A DNA stretch of 64,000 bases from Acidimicrobiia bacterium (GTDB lineage Bacteria > Actinomycetota > Acidimicrobiia > Spongiisociales > UBA5794): contig QJWC01000081.1 of NCBI GenBank assembly GCA_003235475.1, positions 9,343 through 73,342 on the forward strand, read 5' to 3'. The notes below the pieces were generated by a model. The model saw only the letters and a list, made by a program, of their open reading frames with translations. It was not told the origin of the DNA and did not search any database. Shown one piece after another: positions 46,603-59,558 of the stretch; position 1 is the first letter of the stretch, and every line of letters starts with the position of its first letter. A program made the translations under genes and the position numbers.

Positions 46603-48134
46603 GACACCACCTCTGCCTCGGCCACGACGTCGGAATCAGTGCGTCCCATCGCTCCCCGCACCGAGACGACGCCGCCGTCGCCGAGCGGCCCACGCGCCAT
46701 CAGGAATGCGGCTGGCCGCGTGTAGAAGTAGGCGACGATGACGTCGATCACCGTTGCAATGCCAAGCGTGAGGGCAAAGCCCTTGACCTGCCCCACGGCG
46801 AGCATGAACAGCAGGATCGCGGCGAGGAAGGTGACGGTGTCGCCCTTGAGAATCGTGGAAAACGCCGACTCGAACGCGTGGCTGATGGCGGGGCGAAGTC
46901 CCCGGCCGTGCCTGAACTCTTCTTTCGTCCGCTCGAAGTAGACGATGTACGAGTCAGAGGTGATGCCAACCGACACGACCACACCAGTGACCCCAGCAAG
47001 GGTCAGTGTCGTCCCGTTGATCTCACCGAGAAGGATGATCGCGCCCACAAGGAACGAACCGAACACGCTGAGTCCGAGGATCGAGATCAACCCGAGCGCC
47101 CGGTAGTAGACCAGCATGTAGATCGCGACGAGCATAAGGCCGAAAAGACCTGCGAGGAGACCTGCGATGAGGGAGTCCTCACCAAGCGACGCCGACACGG
47201 ACTCCACGCGCTCTCGCTCGAATGTCGTCGGCAGGGCGCCGTAGCGCAAGAGGGCTGCAAGGGATTCCGCTTCCGCTTGCGCATTCTCTCCGCCGCCGAC
47301 CGTGATCACGACCGAACCCGGATCGAGGCCCTCCCCGGCAGGCACGTCCGATGCGATGGTCGGGGCAGAGAAGACGTCGCCATCGACCACGATCGCCATA
47401 CGACGTCGAGGGTCACCCGGCGCATAGGCCGAGAGGTACGCGGTTGCCTCCCGGAACTTGTCTCCACCGGCTGATGTGAACTCCGGGACCACCACCCAGT
47501 CGCCGCCGATCTGGCCCTGGCTGAACCTCGCTTGCGCGTTCGTGATGTCCGATCCCGTCGGGAAGGTCACGAACGTGCCGTCCTGGAACACGACGTCGAT
47601 GCCGCCGAGTTCGTACACCAGTCCGGTTTCCTCTTCCGCGAGGAGGGAACGCTTCAAGATGTCATCCTCGATCGACAGGCCCGTGGTCGCGTCGACCGGG
47701 TTGAGCGGCTGAAGAATGGGGTTGACGGACTGATCGCCGTCGGGACGGAGGTCCGCGCCGGCGAGAGCCGGAGACGTGACCGACTCGGCAATGACGGGAC
47801 GGAAGGAGAGCTGGCCCGTCGTACCGACAGCCTGAAGCGCACGCTCACGGTCATCGACGCCGGGCAGCTGCACCACGATGGCTCGATCCCCGACGACGGC
47901 GACCTCAGGTTCCTGGACACCACCCAGATTCTCGATACGGAGGCGCATGATGTCGGCAGCGGTGTCGAGCGTTGCCTTGTCCGTGCCCGGAGGGGCGACG
48001 AGGGTGACGGCGAACCCGCCCTGGAGGTCGAGACCGAGTTTCGGCGCCCAACCAATGGCAAGCATGCCGATGACGCTCCCCCAGGCGAGCCCGACGGTGA
48101 CGAGGAGGGTGATCCAGGCCTTTCGGCGACTCAC
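46599..48134 (-). CDS. secD: Protein translocase subunit SecD
   Basis: LGLDLQGG, VQLPG, GALP, SDSYIVYFER, VKGFA. Confidence 0.96.
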   Translation of the reverse strand: MSRRKAWITLLVTVGLAWGSVIGMLAIGWAPKLGLDLQGGFAVTLVAPPGTDKATLDTAADIMRLRIENLGGVQEPEVAVVGDRAIVVQLPGVDDRERALQAVGTTGQLSFRPVIAESVTSPALAGADLRPDGDQSVNPILQPLNPVDATTGLSIEDDILKRSLLAEEETGLVYELGGIDVVFQDGTFVTFPTGSDITNAQARFSQGQIGGDWVVVPEFTSAGGDKFREATAYLSAYAPGDPRRRMAIVVDGDVFSAPTIASDVPAGEGLDPGSVVITVGGGENAQAEAESLAALLRYGALPTTFERERVESVSASLGEDSLIAGLLAGLFGLMLVAIYMLVYYRALGLISILGLSVFGSFLVGAIILLGEINGTTLTLAGVTGVVVSVGITSDSYIVYFERTKEEFRHGRGLRPAISHAFESAFSTILKGDTVTFLAAILLFMLAVGQVKGFALTLGIATVIDVIVAYFYTRPAAFLMARGPLGDGGVVSVRGAMGRTDSDVVAEAEVVS

Positions 48135-48451
48135 GAGTCCTCGCCGCCGAGCTTCTCGGCGATGGCGCGCTTGAGGATGCGCATGCGCTGCCCACCGCCG
48201 ATGTCGAGGACGAAGACGTCGTCCTCTTCTCCGACGACGGTCCCCAGGATGCCGCCAACGCTGCGGACATCGTCACCAACGGCGATCTCCGAACGGAGGG
48301 CTTCCATCTTCTTCTGCCGCCGACGATTCGGAAGCACGAACAGGACGTAGAACAGGACGCCGAGCAGGATCATCGGGAAGAGGAACGCAAGCGCGCTGCT
48401 CCCCTGGGCCGCATCTTCGGCAGCGAGAATGAGGATTGCGAAGCTGTACAA
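48131..48451 (-). CDS. yajC: Preprotein translocase subunit YajC
   Basis: TM, P.RRRQK, GD.V...GGI.G, AIA; TTG after GGGAGGG. Confidence 0.93.
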   Translation of the reverse strand: MYSFAILILAAEDAAQGSSALAFLFPMILLGVLFYVLFVLPNRRRQKKMEALRSEIAVGDDVRSVGGILGTVVGEEDDVFVLDIGGGQRMRILKRAIAEKLGGEDS

Positions 48452-48514
48452 GGGTTGCCCTCCCGTCGGACCGAGGTCGGTCGACGAACGGACGGATGCT
48501 AGCGATGACCTCGA

Positions 48515-50658
<2,144 letters not shown>

Positions 50659-50675
50659 CGGGACAACGACGCGCG

Positions 50676-51701
50676 CTACAGGAGGGTGGCCTGGTCCGTC
50701 GGCCGCACCGGATCGAGCCCAATGTGCGCGTAGCCGCGTTCGGTCGCGATCCGCCCACGCGGCGTCCGCTGGATGAGGCCCTCGAGGATGAGGAACGGTT
50801 CATACGCATCCTCGACCGTCTCGGGATCCTCGCCGACCGCGATCGCGAGCGTCGACAGCCCGACCGGGCCCCCGCCGAACTTCGAAACAATCGCGCCGAG
50901 GATGGCCCGATCCACCTTGTCGAGGCCGAGCTCATCGACTTCGAACATCTCGAGAGCGTTGTTCGCGGTCTCGTCGTCGACAACATCGTCCGCTCTCACC
51001 GCGGCATAGTCACGTACACGGCGAAGGAGTCGGTTGGCGATGCGCGGTGTCCCCCGCGACCGGCGCGCGATGACACGACTGCCCTCGGGCGTCACCTGCG
51101 TGTTGAGCAATCCGGCCGACCGGACAACGATCGCTGCGAGGTCGTCTGCGGCGTAGTAGTCGAGGCGAGCGACGTATCCGAAGCGGTCCCTGAGCGGGGG
51201 CGCAACCCTCCCCACCCTGGTCGTTGCTCCGATGAGGGTGAAGTCGGGGAGGTCGATCTTGATCGACCTGGCCGCCGGCCCCTTGCCGACCACAATGTCC
51301 AGCTGGCCATCCTCCATTGCCGGGTACAGCACTTCTTCCACCTGCCGGGGAAGTCGGTGGATCTCGTCGATGAACAGCACGTCGCCGTCGTCCAGATTCG
51401 TGATGACCGCGGCGAGGTCGCCCGGACGATCGAGCGCAGGACCCGACGTCGAGCGGAACGACGCACCCATCTCGGTTGCGACGATGCCTGCGAGGCTCGT
51501 CTTGCCGAGGCCCGGCGGTCCGGAGAACAGGAGGTGGTCGACGGGTTCATCTCTCGAGTGCGCCGCCTCGATCAGGATCGACAGTCGTTCCTTGAGCTCG
51601 GCCTGACCAACGAACTCGTCGATGCGGCGCGGTCGCAGGCCTGCTTCCACCTCGAGGTCTTCGGGGGTTGGCGCGGTGACGAGCAGCCCTTCCTCCCTCA
51701 T
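50676..51701 (-). CDS. ruvB: Holliday junction branch migration helicase RuvB
   Basis: [33 protein letters not shown]. Confidence 0.98.
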   Translation of the reverse strand: MREEGLLVTAPTPEDLEVEAGLRPRRIDEFVGQAELKERLSILIEAAHSRDEPVDHLLFSGPPGLGKTSLAGIVATEMGASFRSTSGPALDRPGDLAAVITNLDDGDVLFIDEIHRLPRQVEEVLYPAMEDGQLDIVVGKGPAARSIKIDLPDFTLIGATTRVGRVAPPLRDRFGYVARLDYYAADDLAAIVVRSAGLLNTQVTPEGSRVIARRSRGTPRIANRLLRRVRDYAAVRADDVVDDETANNALEMFEVDELGLDKVDRAILGAIVSKFGGGPVGLSTLAIAVGEDPETVEDAYEPFLILEGLIQRTPRGRIATERGYAHIGLDPVRPTDQATLL

Positions 51702-52279
51702 CAGTTCCTCGCCTTGCCGAGTGCCTGCAGCGAACGTTTGAGCATCTCTTCGACGGAAAGATCACCTGGCATGTCGGCGAGCGTACCCCTGATTTCATCA
51801 GGCGCGTACCCGAGCCCGGTCAAAGCCTCCCGAACCTCGGCAAGCGGGCCGCTGGGTGATACTGCAATGTCGTCCATCACGTCGAATCGGGGCTTGAGCT
51901 CGAGCAAGAGCTTCTGGGCGCTTCGCTTCCCGATCCCCGGGACATCGGTCAATGCGGCCAGATCATCGGATGCCACGGCGGCGCGTAGCTGCTCGTATGT
52001 CATGGTCGCGACGATTGCGAGCGCGACCTTCGGGCCGACGCCGGAGACACCCAGCAGCATCGAGAACACGTCCTTGTCCCCTGCATTGTCGAAGCCGTAG
52101 AGGGCAAGCTGGTCCTCCCGCACGTGTAGGTGCGTATGGAGGACGATGGATTCGCCGATTCCCGGGAGGCCAGCAAGAGTGCGAGGGGTGACTGCGATCA
52201 CGTACCCGAGGCCACCGACGTCGACCGTCACGGTCTGGGCGGTCACCTCGACGAGGTCACCCCGCACCCGCCCGATCAC
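51701..52279 (-). CDS. ruvA: Holliday junction branch migration protein RuvA
   Basis: [40 protein letters not shown] overlaps ruvC stop. Confidence 0.96.
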   Translation of the reverse strand: MIGRVRGDLVEVTAQTVTVDVGGLGYVIAVTPRTLAGLPGIGESIVLHTHLHVREDQLALYGFDNAGDKDVFSMLLGVSGVGPKVALAIVATMTYEQLRAAVASDDLAALTDVPGIGKRSAQKLLLELKPRFDVMDDIAVSPSGPLAEVREALTGLGYAPDEIRGTLADMPGDLSVEEMLKRSLQALGKARN

Positions 52280-52779
52280 GCCACATCCCCAGTGGGAATC
52301 CTCGAAGCTGCCGCAGCGTGCTGGGCGTGGCAAAGCGCAACTGCGAGGGCGTCGGCCACATCCGCAGGGCCAGCGATCTGCGAGAGGCCGAGCCGCATCG
52401 CGACCACGGCCGACATCTGAACCTTGTCCGCGGCACCCGAGCCGGTGATCGCCATCTTCACCTGGGACGGTGAGTACTCGGCAACCGCGTGGCCCCGATC
52501 CGACACGCACGCCATCACCACACCTGAAGCTCGCGCCACCGAGATCGCCGTGTTGCGGTTCTTGTTGACGAACACCTGCTCGATGGCCGCGGTATGCACT
52601 GGGTGATCGTCGAGCACGGCTTCCAGATCCGTTCGCAGCTCCACGAGTCGTTCGGCCACCGAACGCTCGGGGTCCGTGCGTATGACGCCCGCCGCGACCG
52701 CACGCTCTGACCCACCGGACACCTCGATGATGCCGTAGCCGGTACGCGTGAGGCCCGGGTCGATTCCGAGAACGAACAT
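52276..52779 (-). CDS. ruvC: Crossover junction endodeoxyribonuclease RuvC
   Basis: LGIDPGL..TGYG, AIE.VF, K..ITG.G.ADK, DALAVALCH. Confidence 0.97.
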   Translation of the reverse strand: MFVLGIDPGLTRTGYGIIEVSGGSERAVAAGVIRTDPERSVAERLVELRTDLEAVLDDHPVHTAAIEQVFVNKNRNTAISVARASGVVMACVSDRGHAVAEYSPSQVKMAITGSGAADKVQMSAVVAMRLGLSQIAGPADVADALAVALCHAQHAAAASRIPTGDVA

Positions 52780-52787
52780 ATGTTCGT
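52772..52787. promoter_or_regulatory. LexA (SOS) box over the ruvC start
   Basis: Perfect palindrome ACGAACATATGTTCGT (GAAC-N4-GTTC), adjacent to -10 TACCAT at 52788-52793. Confidence 0.85.
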
Positions 52788-52824
52788 ATGGTACGCCGCG
52801 ATGCGGCCGTAACCAAGGATGGCG

Positions 52825-53562
52825 CTACTCCAACGAGGCAAAGACCTCGTCAGGAATGTCGAAGTTCGCGTACACCGATTGCACGTCGTCGAGGTCCTCG
52901 AGCGCGTCCACCAAGCGGAGCACCTTGCTTGCGGCCGCGCCGTCGAGTGGGACGGATGTCGACGGGAGGTACGTGACATCCGATGTCTCGATCTCGACGC
53001 CTGCTTCTTCGAGCTCCGCGCGAACATTGGCGAGGTCGCTCGGATTCGAGACGATCTCCCACTGGTCTCCATCGGCGGTGACGTCTTCGGCCCCGCCCTC
53101 GAGCGCCGCCATCATCACCACGTCCTCGTCACCCGCGGCGAGGATGTAACCCTTTTGCTCGAAGAGATACCCGACGGAGCCGGGTTCACCGAGGTTGCCC
53201 CCGTTCTTCGTGAAGGCCGCCCGCACGTCCGATGCGGCCCTGTTGCGGTTGTCAGTGAGGATCTGCACATACACGGCGACTCCACCAGGACCGTATCCCT
53301 CATAGAACGCCTCGACATAGTCGACGCCGTCGACACCACCGGAGCCGCGAGCGATCGCTCGGTCGATGTTGTCCTTCGGGACCGAGTTGTCCTTCGCCTT
53401 CTGGATGGCGGTCGCCAGTGTCGGGTTCGCGGTTGGGTCCGCTCCCCCGTTTCGAGCGGCTGACTCGATCGCCTTGATCAGCTTGGCGAACAGCTTTCCG
53501 CGTTTGGCGTCCTGACGCCCCTTGCGGTGCTTGATGTTCGCCCATTTCGAATGTCCGGCCAT
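52825..53562 (-). CDS. yebC: YebC/PmpR family protein
   Basis: [33 protein letters not shown]. Confidence 0.96.
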   Translation of the reverse strand: MAGHSKWANIKHRKGRQDAKRGKLFAKLIKAIESAARNGGADPTANPTLATAIQKAKDNSVPKDNIDRAIARGSGGVDGVDYVEAFYEGYGPGGVAVYVQILTDNRNRAASDVRAAFTKNGGNLGEPGSVGYLFEQKGYILAAGDEDVVMMAALEGGAEDVTADGDQWEIVSNPSDLANVRAELEEAGVEIETSDVTYLPSTSVPLDGAAASKVLRLVDALEDLDDVQSVYANFDIPDEVFASLE

Positions 53563-53571
53563 CGTGACTCC

Positions 53572-54149
53572 TCAGTGGCTTTCGACCAGCCCGACGAGCA
53601 TCCGATGCAGGCGCGTATCGCCAGTCAGCTCCGGGTGGAAGGATGTTGCGAGGATACGGTCCTGCCGGACCAAGACCGGATGAACGCCGCTGTCATCCTC
53701 GACAGACGCGAGGACATCCACGCCGCCTCCGACCTTGGCGATCCACGGAGCACGAATGAACACGGCGTGCATCGGCTCGTCGAAGCCTTCGACATCGAGC
53801 ATCGCCTCGAATGAATCCACCTGGCGCCCGAACGCGTTCCGTCGGACGACGGCATCGAGCACGCCGAGCTGAGGCTGTTCGTGTTCGACGGTTCCCGAGG
53901 CGAGGAAGATCATCCCGGCGCAGGTGCCAAGCATCGGCATTCCGTCGGCCGCTGCCTCGCGGAGCGGGTCGATGAGGCCGTAGAGGCTCGCGAGCCGGCC
54001 GATCGTCGTCGACTCGCCTCCAGGGATCACCAATGCCTCGACGCTTTGCAGCTCTTCAGGTGTCCGGACCTCGATGCCTTCGACCCCGATGGAATCCAGG
54101 ATCGCAACGTGCTCTCGGAAGTCGCCCTGGAGCGCGAGGACGCCGACTC

Positions 54150-54153
<4 letters not shown>
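53572..54153 (-). CDS. pdxT: PLP synthase glutaminase subunit
   Basis: GVLALQG, PGGESTT, GTCAG, RNAFGRQ..SFE, FIRAP, FHPE. Confidence 0.97.
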
Positions 54154-55046
<893 letters not shown>

Positions 55047-55114
55047 CGTCCCTCTGATTTCCGTGAACGTGTAATGGACCGCGCGTCCGACTGGCCGCGG
55101 CCCGTCCCCCAATG

Positions 55115-56176
55115 CTACCGGCGCGCCGCCGCGTCGGTCTGCCAACGTTCGATCGCATCGGCGTACGCGTCCAGGTATCGCCTGCCGACCGTCGCCACGT
55201 CGAACTGCCCCGCGCGGAGCGCGGCACGCCGTTGAAGGCCCCGCCTCCTGTCGTCGTCGGACAGGAGGCCCGTCACGGCGTCCGCAAGCCCGCGCGCGTC
55301 ACCCGGTTTCACGAGGATGCCTGCGTCGCCCACGACCGCTGCGAACGCTGGAATCGCCGATGCGACGACCGCTGTCGACGCTGCCATGGCCTCCACGAGG
55401 ATGATCCCGAAGGACTCACCTCCGAGGTTCGGGGCAACGTACACCTCGGCCTCCCCGAGTATTCGTTGCTTGTCGGCGTCCGAGACCCGTCCGAGGAAGG
55501 TGACGCCGCCGATGTCGATTGCCCGCTTCGCGCCGAGCACGAGGAGATGTGCGTCTGGGTGGGATTCGCTGATCGACGGCCACGCATCGAGGGCGATATC
55601 GAGCCCCTTGCGTTCGTCATCGCGGCCGAGGAAGACAACGGTCTTTCCGATCTTGCCCACAGACGCGTACAGGAGCGTGTCGACGCCGTTAGGGATGATC
55701 CGCACGTCGTCCACCATCGTGACGACCGATCGGGCAACCGGACTCACTGCTGTGACGACGTCGAGGCGCTTTGCCACCCGCCGTGCGACGGGCGAAAGGA
55801 CCCTGAGGCCCCGCCGTACGCCACGCGACGCGTCGGCGTGGAAGGTCCCAACCGTTGGTTGTCTCCGGATGCGCGCTCCGGCGAGCCCGACTGTCGGAAG
55901 AAACGGCTCGTGGACGTGGACGACATCGCAGCGCTCCACGGCACGCCTCACTGCGCTTCCCGCTCTTGGGTTCAGGTTCACGGGCGCCGTGGATCGGTTT
56001 GCCCTCACCGTGACCGATCCGCCGACGCTCACAACGCCCTCGACTTCCTCGGATGCCGGTCCTACGACTGTGACGTCGTGGCCGTCACCCGAGAGCCATT
56101 CCCGAAGGAGGAACACTTGCTCTTGAACGCCGCCGTGCTTGGCCAAGTCGTAGGGACAGACGATGCCGATCTTCAT
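55115..56176 (-). CDS. pimA: Phosphatidylinositol alpha-mannosyltransferase (GT4)
   Basis: [39 protein letters not shown]; pgsA-acyltransferase synteny. Confidence 0.88.
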   Translation of the reverse strand: MKIGIVCPYDLAKHGGVQEQVFLLREWLSGDGHDVTVVGPASEEVEGVVSVGGSVTVRANRSTAPVNLNPRAGSAVRRAVERCDVVHVHEPFLPTVGLAGARIRRQPTVGTFHADASRGVRRGLRVLSPVARRVAKRLDVVTAVSPVARSVVTMVDDVRIIPNGVDTLLYASVGKIGKTVVFLGRDDERKGLDIALDAWPSISESHPDAHLLVLGAKRAIDIGGVTFLGRVSDADKQRILGEAEVYVAPNLGGESFGIILVEAMAASTAVVASAIPAFAAVVGDAGILVKPGDARGLADAVTGLLSDDDRRRGLQRRAALRAGQFDVATVGRRYLDAYADAIERWQTDAAARR

Positions 56177-57084
56177 TCGGCGTCTCCGGCGATCGAGGCA
56201 TCCGATGGCCAGTTCGGCTGGAACAGGTGCCACTGGTCCGGTGCTTCGCGGATGATGCCTTCGAGGTGTTTCGCGAACATCTGTACTGACGCCGAAATTC
56301 GCTCGTCGCGGTCGGGGATGTCGGTTTTCGACGGGAGTTCGACAGGCTCGTGCACGACGATACGGTGGCCCCGGCCATCCTTGAAGTAGGCACCCACGGG
56401 AATCAGGTCGGAGCCGGTGAGGTCCGCGAGGGCGACAGGTCCCGATGGCATCGTCGTGTTCTCGCCGAAGAACGTCACATCCACGCCCCGGCCGGTCACG
56501 TCGCGGTCAGCGACGAGCGCGACGGCGCCACCAGACCGCAATATCCGCACGAGCTTCTTGGTACGGGACGGGTCAGACGTGAGGACTATCTCTATGCCGA
56601 AGGCTCTTCGCACCCTGAAGAACCAGTCGGTGATCCGCTGGTTCGAGAGATGCTCTGCAACAGCCACCACGGGCGTCCCGATCTCCTCCGCGATGATCCC
56701 TGCGACCTCCCAGTTGCCGATGTGCGGGAGGGCGAAGATCCTTCCCCGCTTCGCCTCCATAGAGCGGTAGACGGGTTCGAAGTCGATCCACTCCGTGTTG
56801 TCGAGGATGAAGCGCCTTCGCCTCGGGCGAAACCAGAACGTCTCAGCCCAATACCTGCCATATGAGCGGTACATGCCGCGCACCCCTGATCGGACCTCCT
56901 CGTCGGTCGCGCCCGGCCCGAGCACACGCCGCATGTGCGAATGGAGCAACGGCGCGCCCCCGCCTGTCCTTCGGAATGCGATCGCGCCAGCCGTCTCGCC
57001 GATCCACCGCATCGCACGCTCGGGAAACAGGCCGAAAATTCCAGCAAGGAGCCGGAAAGGGATGTACGTGATGAGGTCCTTCAC
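56173..57084 (-). CDS. patA: Phosphatidylinositol mannoside acyltransferase
   Basis: YGRYWAETF, ALPHIGNWE, VAE, ADRD..G..V.FFG, PDQWH..QP.W. Confidence 0.88.
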   Translation of the reverse strand: MKDLITYIPFRLLAGIFGLFPERAMRWIGETAGAIAFRRTGGGAPLLHSHMRRVLGPGATDEEVRSGVRGMYRSYGRYWAETFWFRPRRRRFILDNTEWIDFEPVYRSMEAKRGRIFALPHIGNWEVAGIIAEEIGTPVVAVAEHLSNQRITDWFFRVRRAFGIEIVLTSDPSRTKKLVRILRSGGAVALVADRDVTGRGVDVTFFGENTTMPSGPVALADLTGSDLIPVGAYFKDGRGHRIVVHEPVELPSKTDIPDRDERISASVQMFAKHLEGIIREAPDQWHLFQPNWPSDASIAGDAE

Positions 57085-57668
57085 GCGTCGAGCTGCTGCC
57101 AGGTCCTGCGAATGCGTTGGAACACGGTGAAGCCCGTGAGGACGACGAAGACCCACAGCACTGGTTCCATGATCGGCAACCCGATCCCGACGAGGCCGGT
57201 ACCGAGGAGGATGAGGATCATGCGCTCAGCCCTCCCCATCCATCCGCCTCTCCCCTCGAGGCCGGCAAGCTCGGCCTTCGACCGGACGTACGGCACCAGC
57301 AGTGAGAAGGCAAGCGCAACCACACAGAGAATCAGGAGGCGTTGCTCGGCGCGGAGATAGACCGAGAGCCCGACCCACATGGCGATCTCACCGAACCGAT
57401 CGGACATCGTGTCGAGGAACGCCCCCCGATCCGACACGGTGCCGAGCCTCCGGGCGAGGGGGCCGTCGAGGGCGTCGAGCGTCACGCCAACGGACACCGT
57501 CAAGACACCGGCGAGGACGGCGTCACCCGCGATCAGGCCGGCGCCAACGAAAGTGAGGAGGAGCCCGATGATCGTGACCGCCGCGGGGGTGAGACCGACC
57601 TTCGCCAGCACAGCGGCAATCGGTTCCAGGAACGGCGCGACGCGCTTGCGTCCCTTCATGTCGATCAT
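57081..57668 (-). CDS. pgsA: Phosphatidylinositol(phosphate) synthase, CDP-alcohol phosphatidyltransferase
   Basis: DALDGPLAR..G..GAFLDTMSDR, YVRSKAE, RAER. Confidence 0.88.
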   Translation of the reverse strand: MIDMKGRKRVAPFLEPIAAVLAKVGLTPAAVTIIGLLLTFVGAGLIAGDAVLAGVLTVSVGVTLDALDGPLARRLGTVSDRGAFLDTMSDRFGEIAMWVGLSVYLRAEQRLLILCVVALAFSLLVPYVRSKAELAGLEGRGGWMGRAERMILILLGTGLVGIGLPIMEPVLWVFVVLTGFTVFQRIRRTWQQLDA

Positions 57669-57793
57669 GACGAGGTCCTCACCGACGAAAAGGTAGCACA
57701 GACGAGTCCCCGCCTTCAGTGCCCTAGAATCCGCTCGAATCCGGTTGATTCCCGATGAACCGGTCCGAAGCCCTGCGAGAGAGGCACGCATAG

Positions 57794-59086
57794 ATGAACG
57801 AGCACAAAGCCCAACTGGATCTTGGTGACGAGCCAGTCGAGCTTGACGTTCTCGAGCCCACACTCGGACTGCCCGGCATCGACACGCGTACGCTCAGATC
57901 AACCGCGCACCATGTGACATTCGACCCGGGCTTCGGCAACACCGCAGCCGCTCGCTCAACCATCACCTATGTCGACGGAGCGAAGAGCATCCTGCTCTAT
58001 CGCGGCTATCGCATCGAGGATCTTGCCCGGGACTGCACGTTCCTGGAGGTCGCCTACCTGCTGCTGTACGGTCGACTTCCCAACGAGGCCGAGCTGAGCG
58101 CCTGGACCGCGGACATCACCAACCACGCCCTCCTCAACGAGGAGATGAGGTCCTTCTTCGACGCCTTCCCGCGCCGCGCGCACCCGATGGCCGTCCTTTC
58201 ATCGGCGACGAACGCGATCTCGACCTTCTACGACGTCTACCGGCGGCCGACGCGACCGTCCGAAATCGATGCAGGAGCCCGCACCCTCATCGCCAAGCTG
58301 CCGACCGTCGCAGCCTGGGCGTACAAGAAGTCGATCGGCGAACCGTACGTCTACCCCGACAACCAGTACAGCTACGTGGAGAACTTCCTCAGGATGATGT
58401 TCGCCACTCCCCTCGAGGAGTTCCGGGCGGACCCCGCGGTCGTGAAGGCGCTCAACGTCCTTCTGATCTTGCATGCCGACCATGAGATGAACTGCTCGAC
58501 GTCGACCGTGCGGGGCGTCGGCTCCTCCCGGGCGAACATGTTCACCAGCGTTGCCGCCGGGATGGGCGCCCTTTGGGGCCCCCTCCACGGTGGCGCGAAC
58601 CAGTCGGTCATCGAGATGCTCCAAACGATCCACGACGATCCGAGCGCGACGATCCAGTCAACAGTCGACCGGGCAAAGGATCCAAATGACGACTTCCGCC
58701 TCATGGGTTTCGGTCACCGTGTGTACACGAACCTCGATCCGCGAGCGAAGGTGATCCGCGAGTTCGCAAGCGACGTGTTCGCTGCCATGAACACGACCGA
58801 TCCGCTGCTCGAGATCGCCCAGGAGCTCGAGCAGGCTGCACGGGCCGACGACTACTTCATCGAGCGAAACCTCTACCCGAACATCGACTTCTACTCGGGC
58901 ATCATCTTCCGGGCACTCGGGTTCCCGACGAGGATGTTCACCGTGCTGTTCGCGATCGGCCGTCTTCCGGGCTGGATCGCACACTGGATGGAGATGAACA
59001 CGGACCCCGAGACAAGGATCATGCGTCCGCGACAGATCTATGTCGGCGAAGCAGAACGGCCCCTTCCCCGGATAGAAGATCGCTGA
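57794..59086 (+). CDS. gltA: Citrate synthase (type II)
   Basis: DPGF.NTA, LLYRGY, HPM, LHADHE.NCST, GPLHGGAN, MGFGHRVY, YPNIDFYSG, RPRQIY. Confidence 0.97.
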   Translation: MNEHKAQLDLGDEPVELDVLEPTLGLPGIDTRTLRSTAHHVTFDPGFGNTAAARSTITYVDGAKSILLYRGYRIEDLARDCTFLEVAYLLLYGRLPNEAELSAWTADITNHALLNEEMRSFFDAFPRRAHPMAVLSSATNAISTFYDVYRRPTRPSEIDAGARTLIAKLPTVAAWAYKKSIGEPYVYPDNQYSYVENFLRMMFATPLEEFRADPAVVKALNVLLILHADHEMNCSTSTVRGVGSSRANMFTSVAAGMGALWGPLHGGANQSVIEMLQTIHDDPSATIQSTVDRAKDPNDDFRLMGFGHRVYTNLDPRAKVIREFASDVFAAMNTTDPLLEIAQELEQAARADDYFIERNLYPNIDFYSGIIFRALGFPTRMFTVLFAIGRLPGWIAHWMEMNTDPETRIMRPRQIYVGEAERPLPRIEDR

Positions 59087-59096
59087 GGCGTTTCCC

Positions 59097-59558
59097 TCAG
59101 GGCTGCTCGACCGTTTCGGTGTACGTACCGAGTACCTCGCCCGTGAGGGCATCCACCGTGACCAGCGCTTGCCGGTCCGGTTGCGGACCCGCCTCGAAGA
59201 CCAGGACCTGCCACACCGGCTTCGCGAACCATCCGCGGTAGCCGAGCGTCGCGGACCCGTGCCCGACGTCGAATCCGGCTTCGGACCCCGCAATTCGAAG
59301 TGCCTCGATGTCCTCCACCCGCATCTTCCATGCGCCAGCGACCTGATACGCCGCCGCGGCTCCGAGCACGCCGACGGCTGTGAGCCACATCAGCGACACC
59401 CCTGATACGACCACGAGGAGCGCAGCCACGAGCGCCATTCCGAGATAGACGACGGCGGCCGCGGATCGGCGACGCGTGTCGAGGACCCTGAACGGCCGAG
59501 CACCCTCCCCCGCGCCGAATGGGGAAGGGTCGTTCGCGTGATCGCTGCCGTCAGTCAC
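59097..59558 (-). CDS. Hypothetical 2-TM protein with PepSY-like C-terminus
   Basis: Two hydrophobic segments, then PVWQVLV...VDALTGEVL; GTG start overlaps the upstream MMPL gene. Confidence 0.6.
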   Translation of the reverse strand: MTDGSDHANDPSPFGAGEGARPFRVLDTRRRSAAAVVYLGMALVAALLVVVSGVSLMWLTAVGVLGAAAAYQVAGAWKMRVEDIEALRIAGSEAGFDVGHGSATLGYRGWFAKPVWQVLVFEAGPQPDRQALVTVDALTGEVLGTYTETVEQP

